A stretch of 37,516 nucleotides of DNA from a virus (taxonomy: Duplodnaviria; Caudoviricetes). Of this stretch, positions 33,340 to 37,516 are shown in pieces. The notes beneath the pieces are model-generated. The model was not told where the DNA came from and did not search any database. It saw only the letters and a list, made by a program, of their open reading frames with translations. The first letter of the stretch is position 1, and each line of letters begins with the position of its first letter. A program made the translations under genes and the position numbers. The DNA is taken from IMG/VR virus record IMGVR_UViG_3300038393_000348, positions 1 through 37,516 of that record, one strand, 5' to 3'.

Positions 33340-34794
33340 TCAGAAAGCGATGGCGGCGACGCCGCTGGGTTGCTTGGGCGCCTGCACGCGGCGGGGGGCT
33401 GGCGGGGTGTAGGCGAGCTTGAGGCCGTGCAAGGCCCGGGCGACGGCGGCAGCCGGCGCCACCTCGGGGGAGTCCTTAAGCAGCAGCGCGCGCTCACCAC
33501 TCACGGTTGGCGGCCGCCACTTCGCGACCCGGATGGCGTTGTTGAGACGCTCCTGGTTGCCGTGCCGGATCTGTCCATCGTCGAGCAGGTCGGCGAGGTA
33601 TCCGCAGCCGGCAGCGAACCCGGTGCTGGTCACGTCGACGATCTGCACGCCCGCACGCTCGAGCTCGGCACCGAAGGCGGACGTGGCCACCTTGCCGCCC
33701 CACACCTCCTGCAGCCGCCGGCACTCGTCGACCACCCGGAACGCGGTCAGCGGCGAACCCTCGTTCGCGAGCTCGACATGGACGACTCCACCCCGTCTCC
33801 ACGCGACGGCAACCCACACGTCGCGGTCGCCGGCGAGGTCAACGCCGAACGCGATGTCACCGGTCTGCTCGGACTCGACGTCGACTAGGTCCAGCCACTT
33901 GCCGTAGGGGAGGGCGCCGCCCTGCGACACCGGGTCTTCCCACCAGGACAGGAACTCGCGAGCGAACTCCTGCGGCGGCATCGAGGCACGCTGGTCCGCC
34001 AGCGACTCCTCGGTGATCCGGCCTGGCCAGAGCGCGCAGTTCGCCGACCACCATAGGTCTCTATCGTCCAATGCGCAGCCTGTGACAGCGCCGGCAGTGT
34101 GCGAGCAGTCCGTCTGCGAGCACGCCTTGCGCGTCGCCCCATACTCGACGTACGCCAAACGCTTGTCCTTGCCGGCACGACCGCGGTCACGGATTCGACG
34201 CAGTTGCTCGGACATCAACAGTCCCGCCGACGAACCGATACGCACCTGAGCGCCCGGCCGGGTCAGCATCGTCGGGTAGACCGCGCCGACGTGCTTCGGC
34301 TCGAGGTAGAGCGCCTCGTCGAGCGTGATCCGCTTGACCCCGGTGAGGCCACGGCCGGCCTTGCCGGTGCGGGACTGGAAGTCGATGGTGTTGCCTGTGT
34401 CCTTGTGGACGATCGACATGTCTTGGTGACCCTCGTAGAAGGTCACCTGCTCGTCGTACTCCGGGTTGGACTTGATCCACTCGCGGAAGTCGTTGAACGT
34501 GCCCTTGAGGGTGTCACCGTGATGCGCCGTCCATAGGTGCCGCTCGACGCCGAACACGAACAGGTCGGCGAGGGCGGCGATGCCCAGGGTGGACGTCTTG
34601 ATGTTCTGCCGCGGCGAGATGACTGCGACCTCGAACGACGCCGGCCGCTCCGCTGCCTTCTCGGCGTAGATCGTGTCAAGGATCCACCGCTGCTCGTCAT
34701 CCGGCGGCAGCCCAAGGTCGGCTCCCACCTTGGCGGCGAGGTCACCGTTGGTCCACTTGTGGGCCGGCCGGTGACGGTGCAGCGGCTGGTACAT
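33340..34794 (-). CDS. terL: Terminase large subunit
   Basis: PRQNIKT (Walker A variant), GRG, LDEA, SSAG, FAREFL, FGVD. Confidence 0.93.
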   Translation of the reverse strand: MYQPLHRHRPAHKWTNGDLAAKVGADLGLPPDDEQRWILDTIYAEKAAERPASFEVAVISPRQNIKTSTLGIAALADLFVFGVERHLWTAHHGDTLKGTFNDFREWIKSNPEYDEQVTFYEGHQDMSIVHKDTGNTIDFQSRTGKAGRGLTGVKRITLDEALYLEPKHVGAVYPTMLTRPGAQVRIGSSAGLLMSEQLRRIRDRGRAGKDKRLAYVEYGATRKACSQTDCSHTAGAVTGCALDDRDLWWSANCALWPGRITEESLADQRASMPPQEFAREFLSWWEDPVSQGGALPYGKWLDLVDVESEQTGDIAFGVDLAGDRDVWVAVAWRRGGVVHVELANEGSPLTAFRVVDECRRLQEVWGGKVATSAFGAELERAGVQIVDVTSTGFAAGCGYLADLLDDGQIRHGNQERLNNAIRVAKWRPPTVSGERALLLKDSPEVAPAAAVARALHGLKLAYTPPAPRRVQAPKQPSGVAAIAF

Positions 34795-35195
34795 CAGGCG
34801 CCGTGCTTGGCCCGGCGGGCTGCTAGCTCGTCGCGCAACTGCTCCGGAGCCGTCGCCTTCGCAGCACCGCGCGTCGCCTGGGCCATGACTTCCCGGAACT
34901 CCTTCGACAGCGAGGCATAGGCCGACCCGGTCTCCATGAGCCCGTTGTCGAGTCGGTTGGCCAGGCTCAGAGCCTGCGCTCCCAGTGCCGTACCGACGCG
35001 GCCAGCAACCTCGAGTTCCGCGAGGGCTGCTGTCGCGACCGCACCCAACTCGCGGCGCGGCTTGGGGCTCTGCGGAAGCGCCACTACGTCCGCACCGGAC
35101 CGCTTCGTGCGCTTCCGGCACCGATCAGAGCAGTACTTCGCGTTCGCGCGGGCCGCGTCGAACTCCTTGCCACAGGTGCAGGTGATTCGTGGCAT
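34794..35195 (-). CDS. terS: Terminase small subunit with an N-terminal Zn finger
   Basis: RBS GGAGG; ALSLANRLD...ASLSKE...DELAARR; CTCG...YCSDRC. Confidence 0.8.
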   Translation of the reverse strand: MPRITCTCGKEFDAARANAKYCSDRCRKRTKRSGADVVALPQSPKPRRELGAVATAALAELEVAGRVGTALGAQALSLANRLDNGLMETGSAYASLSKEFREVMAQATRGAAKATAPEQLRDELAARRAKHGA

Positions 35196-35299
35196 GAAGC
35201 ACCACCCACCTCCTGGGCCTGTCCGGACATTGGTTGATCGGAGGGAGAAGACGGCTGACTCGCGGGTCATGGCGGTGTCGCGTCTGGATTTTTTTCGGG
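35196..35299. other. Probable cos / packaging region
   Basis: Non-coding gap between HNH and terS with an A7 tract; inferred from gene order only. Confidence 0.45.
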
Positions 35300-35617
35300 C
35301 TACCACTGCCTGCGCGTGGTGTCCTGCCTCGCCCGTCCTCGCTTGGCACCATCGCTCTGATTGCACCGCTTGCCGCAGGTGGGACAGGGGACGCCGTGCG
35401 CCAGCCCCCGGTAACCGCCCGTCACTGGGTCGTGGTCGGAGTGCAGTGCGCAGTTGTCGACCTTGCCGTGTCGCTTGCAGAAGGTGCGCCACATGGCGTG
35501 TCCACACAGGCAGCAGGGGTCACCGGGTTGATATGCCGCGAGCATCGCGGCCCTGGCCTTGCGATGTGCTGGCGTGGCGTAGACCTTGGCCGACCCGCTG
35601 CGCTTAGCGAACGGCAC
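35300..35617 (-). CDS. Packaging-associated HNH endonuclease
   Basis: Y...HR..R, CCLCG, LHSDHD...YRGLAH...CN..DGA; upstream of terS. Confidence 0.82.
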   Translation of the reverse strand: MPFAKRSGSAKVYATPAHRKARAAMLAAYQPGDPCCLCGHAMWRTFCKRHGKVDNCALHSDHDPVTGGYRGLAHGVPCPTCGKRCNQSDGAKRGRARQDTTRRQW

Positions 35618-35786
35618 CGGTAGCCACCACCAGCCCCACATCCCGCCGCTCGAACCCAGCCCGCCTCAGCGCCCGGTCGTGCTCCCGTGAATGGTGGCGG
35701 CACAGGTCGATACTGCCGTGCCCGGTGTAGGTGTAGCGGGCGCGTGCCCCGCAGCGGTCGCAGGTTGAGCCGGTGGCGTCGTCCAT
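35604..35786 (-). CDS. Small Zn-binding protein
   Basis: CDRCGARA...LCRHH..EH...L. Confidence 0.7.
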   Translation of the reverse strand: MDDATGSTCDRCGARARYTYTGHGSIDLCRHHSREHDRALRRAGFERRDVGLVVATGAVR

Positions 35787-35866
35787 ACCGACCCCCTGAC
35801 ATGCCGACAGCCCCGGCCGTGCGGCTCGGGGCTGGTTGAGGGAATGCTACGCACGCCCTAGGTGTG

Positions 35867-35907
35867 AATTGTCCGCCATGAAGAGTCTCGGCGTCAAGAA
35901 TCTCGGC
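35867..35907 (-). promoter_or_regulatory. Putative late promoter with direct repeats
   Basis: Minus strand TTGACG-18nt-GACAAT; GCCGAGA(T/C)TCTT twice, overlapping the -35; downstream hairpin at 35808-35834. Confidence 0.6.
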
Positions 35908-35936
35908 AGCGTGTCATCCGAGGCGACGGACGTGTG

Positions 35937-36725
35937 TCATGCCGCCTCCTCCTTCTCACCCTTGGTCGCGTACGCCAGCACGGCGGCCACGCTGTAGAGC
36001 GTACGGCCCTTGGTGTCCTTGCCGTGGCGCTTGATGTGGTCCAGCGATGCCCACTTGCGCAGCAGCGCCGGATCGATGATGCGGTACGTCCTCGCCGCGA
36101 TGGATGCGATGACCGTCGAGGCGGGCGCGAGGTCGGACGCTTCGGGCACGATCTGGCTCATCCACCACGCCAGCGTGTCCTCGGTGCCGCAGCCAGGGCA
36201 GGCGATGAACTGCCGGTCGGGGTAGGCGCGTACCTTCGCACCGCACGGGACGCTGTTGCCGTCCGTGTCGGCCACGGTGACAGGGCAGTCACCGATGGGC
36301 ATCCAGTCGCGGCGGTCGGGCAGCGCGTGGGCTTTCAGCTTGCGTGCGTGCTCGGCCAGTTCCTCGGCGCACAGTTCGGCCTCTGCGATGTCAGTGCGGG
36401 CCAGGGTGTCGGCCCAGTGCTCGATGAACCGGGCGAGTGCTGCCGGCTGCTCCTGCTCGTCGGTGGGCGCCTGCCACGCGAGGGTGCGTCCTTCGATGTC
36501 GGTGACTAGGTCGAGGACGACGCGCGCCCAGTGTGCGAGGTCTCCGTGCGCGTCACGGCGGTCGTCGAGCACGGCGAGGCTGACCGGCGGCGGCGCTTCG
36601 GCTGATGCGTTGGACCCGCCCACCTTGCCGGCGACCCTGGGGCCGTCAAGCGAGCCTTCCCAGTGGTCGCAGATGCTCACGCAGGCTCGGCGGATTGCCC
36701 CGACGGTCTCGTGGTACTCGCTCAC
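35937..36725 (-). CDS. Probable late-gene regulator (Zn ribbon plus C-terminal HTH)
   Basis: IGDCP...CGA...CPGCG and LLRKWAS..HI...G......LY; last early gene before the late promoter. Confidence 0.7.
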   Translation of the reverse strand: MSEYHETVGAIRRACVSICDHWEGSLDGPRVAGKVGGSNASAEAPPPVSLAVLDDRRDAHGDLAHWARVVLDLVTDIEGRTLAWQAPTDEQEQPAALARFIEHWADTLARTDIAEAELCAEELAEHARKLKAHALPDRRDWMPIGDCPVTVADTDGNSVPCGAKVRAYPDRQFIACPGCGTEDTLAWWMSQIVPEASDLAPASTVIASIAARTYRIIDPALLRKWASLDHIKRHGKDTKGRTLYSVAAVLAYATKGEKEEAA

Positions 36726-36865
36726 TTCTCGCTCTCCCTGCTGGTGGTGTGGATCGGGTCGGGGCACGTGCACGCGGTCGGTTCGTCGCGCTCGTGGTCC
36801 CACGCGTCGCCCGAGCAGTTGCGGCACTTGCCCTGCTCGCACTCGGGGCATATGGGGTCGCTCAC
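36722..36865 (-). CDS. Cys-rich micro-protein (47 aa)
   Basis: MSDPICPECEQGKCRNCSGDAWD...CTCPDPIH; GTGA-coupled. Confidence 0.7.
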   Translation of the reverse strand: MSDPICPECEQGKCRNCSGDAWDHERDEPTACTCPDPIHTTSRESEK

Positions 36866-37254
36866 GATGCGTCCTTCCTTTCGGGCAGGTGTTCCCACAC
36901 GAACTGGGTGATCCAGCCGACGAGGTATGCCGTCGGCTCACCGGCTTGGTCGTGGTGGCCGATGTGCCCCATGAGGTTTCCGGCGACGTGGGCCGCTTCG
37001 TGGGCGATGGTGTTGACCAGGTCGGCGGTGGACCGGGCCTTGCGCACGTCGACGACCAGCACGTGGTGGGCCTCGGGTGAGGTTCCGTTCTTGGGGTGCC
37101 ACACGGAGTGGCGAGCCCACCCGTCGGCGTCTGGGAATCCGTCCTCGACGAGGCCGGGGAAACGTCGCTTGAGCAGCGCCCACCCCCGGCGGTCGTACAC
37201 GACGTGCAATTGCGCGCCATACGGGTCGATGTCGGTCTGAGCTAGGCCGCTCAC
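36862..37254 (-). CDS. Zincin-like HExxH protein
   Basis: TIAHEAAHVA...EPTAYLVGWI. Confidence 0.78.
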   Translation of the reverse strand: MSGLAQTDIDPYGAQLHVVYDRRGWALLKRRFPGLVEDGFPDADGWARHSVWHPKNGTSPEAHHVLVVDVRKARSTADLVNTIAHEAAHVAGNLMGHIGHHDQAGEPTAYLVGWITQFVWEHLPERKDAS

Positions 37255-37469
37255 GCCGCCTCCTCGTTGCACAGGTCGCACGAGCACCGCTTGCCCGTGG
37301 CGGGGTTGGTCTCCAAGTGGTGCCGGTGCAGGCCACCCCGGCAGCCCGAGCACAGCGGGAACGCGCGCGACCCGCAGTGGCAGTGCGGGTGACCGGGCGA
37401 CACCCAGCCGTCGCAGGTGCGGCAGTTGCGGTTGGGCTGGCCCAGCTCGCACAGTGCGTCATGGAGCAT
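37251..37469 (-). CDS. Cys/His-rich small protein
   Basis: 72 aa with 10 Cys; RBS GGGAGG. Confidence 0.68.
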   Translation of the reverse strand: MLHDALCELGQPNRNCRTCDGWVSPGHPHCHCGSRAFPLCSGCRGGLHRHHLETNPATGKRCSCDLCNEEAA

Positions 37470-37516
37470 GGGTCGCCTCCCTGCAGGTTGGGCATTGGCC
37501 GGCGATGAGTTCGAGG
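37390..37516 (+). repeat. Terminal direct repeat, copy 2
   Basis: Identical to 1-127. Confidence 0.93.

Larger units (their letters stand above)
1..37516. mobile_element. Complete temperate siphovirus genome (actinobacteriophage), circular assembly
   Basis: Full packaging, head, tail, lysis, integration and replication modules; the ends overlap by 127 bp; WhiB-like gene, LAXTG motif and high GC point to an actinobacterial host. Confidence 0.95.

Overview
This window is a complete, circularly assembled genome of a temperate, high-GC actinobacterial siphophage. It is 37,389 bp unique, with a 127-bp terminal overlap that is probably an assembly artefact. Almost all genes are on the minus strand in lambda-like order. 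The late arm runs HNH/cos, terS, terL, portal, Clp protease-scaffold, decoration protein, MCP, neck and tail genes (with a -1 frameshifted chaperone), beta-helix tailspike, and a lysis cassette with a GH25 endolysin. Next come attP (3' half of tRNA-Val GAC), a tyrosine integrase and an XRE repressor divergent from xis. The long early operon encodes an HTH protein, a ParB/DGQHR-like protein, DUF1643, two DNA methyltransferases, a Rad52/Sak-like annealase, a double HNH, a replication initiator, WhiB-like and VRR-NUC proteins. Five features stand out. (1) An early-region sortase-type (LAHTG) surface protein has a Ser/Thr stalk that appears to contain a complete second gene in another frame, with its own RBS and a stop right before the LAHTG motif. 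(2) A multi-state anti-Shine-Dalgarno RNA leader lies in front of the lysis cassette. (3) The replication initiator is split into three translationally coupled ORFs, with the likely origin in the middle one. (4) Two antisense morons each pair a small RHH repressor and operator with a cargo gene. (5) Several Cys/His micro-genes are missing from the ORF track. All functional calls come from motif recognition by eye; no database search was run.
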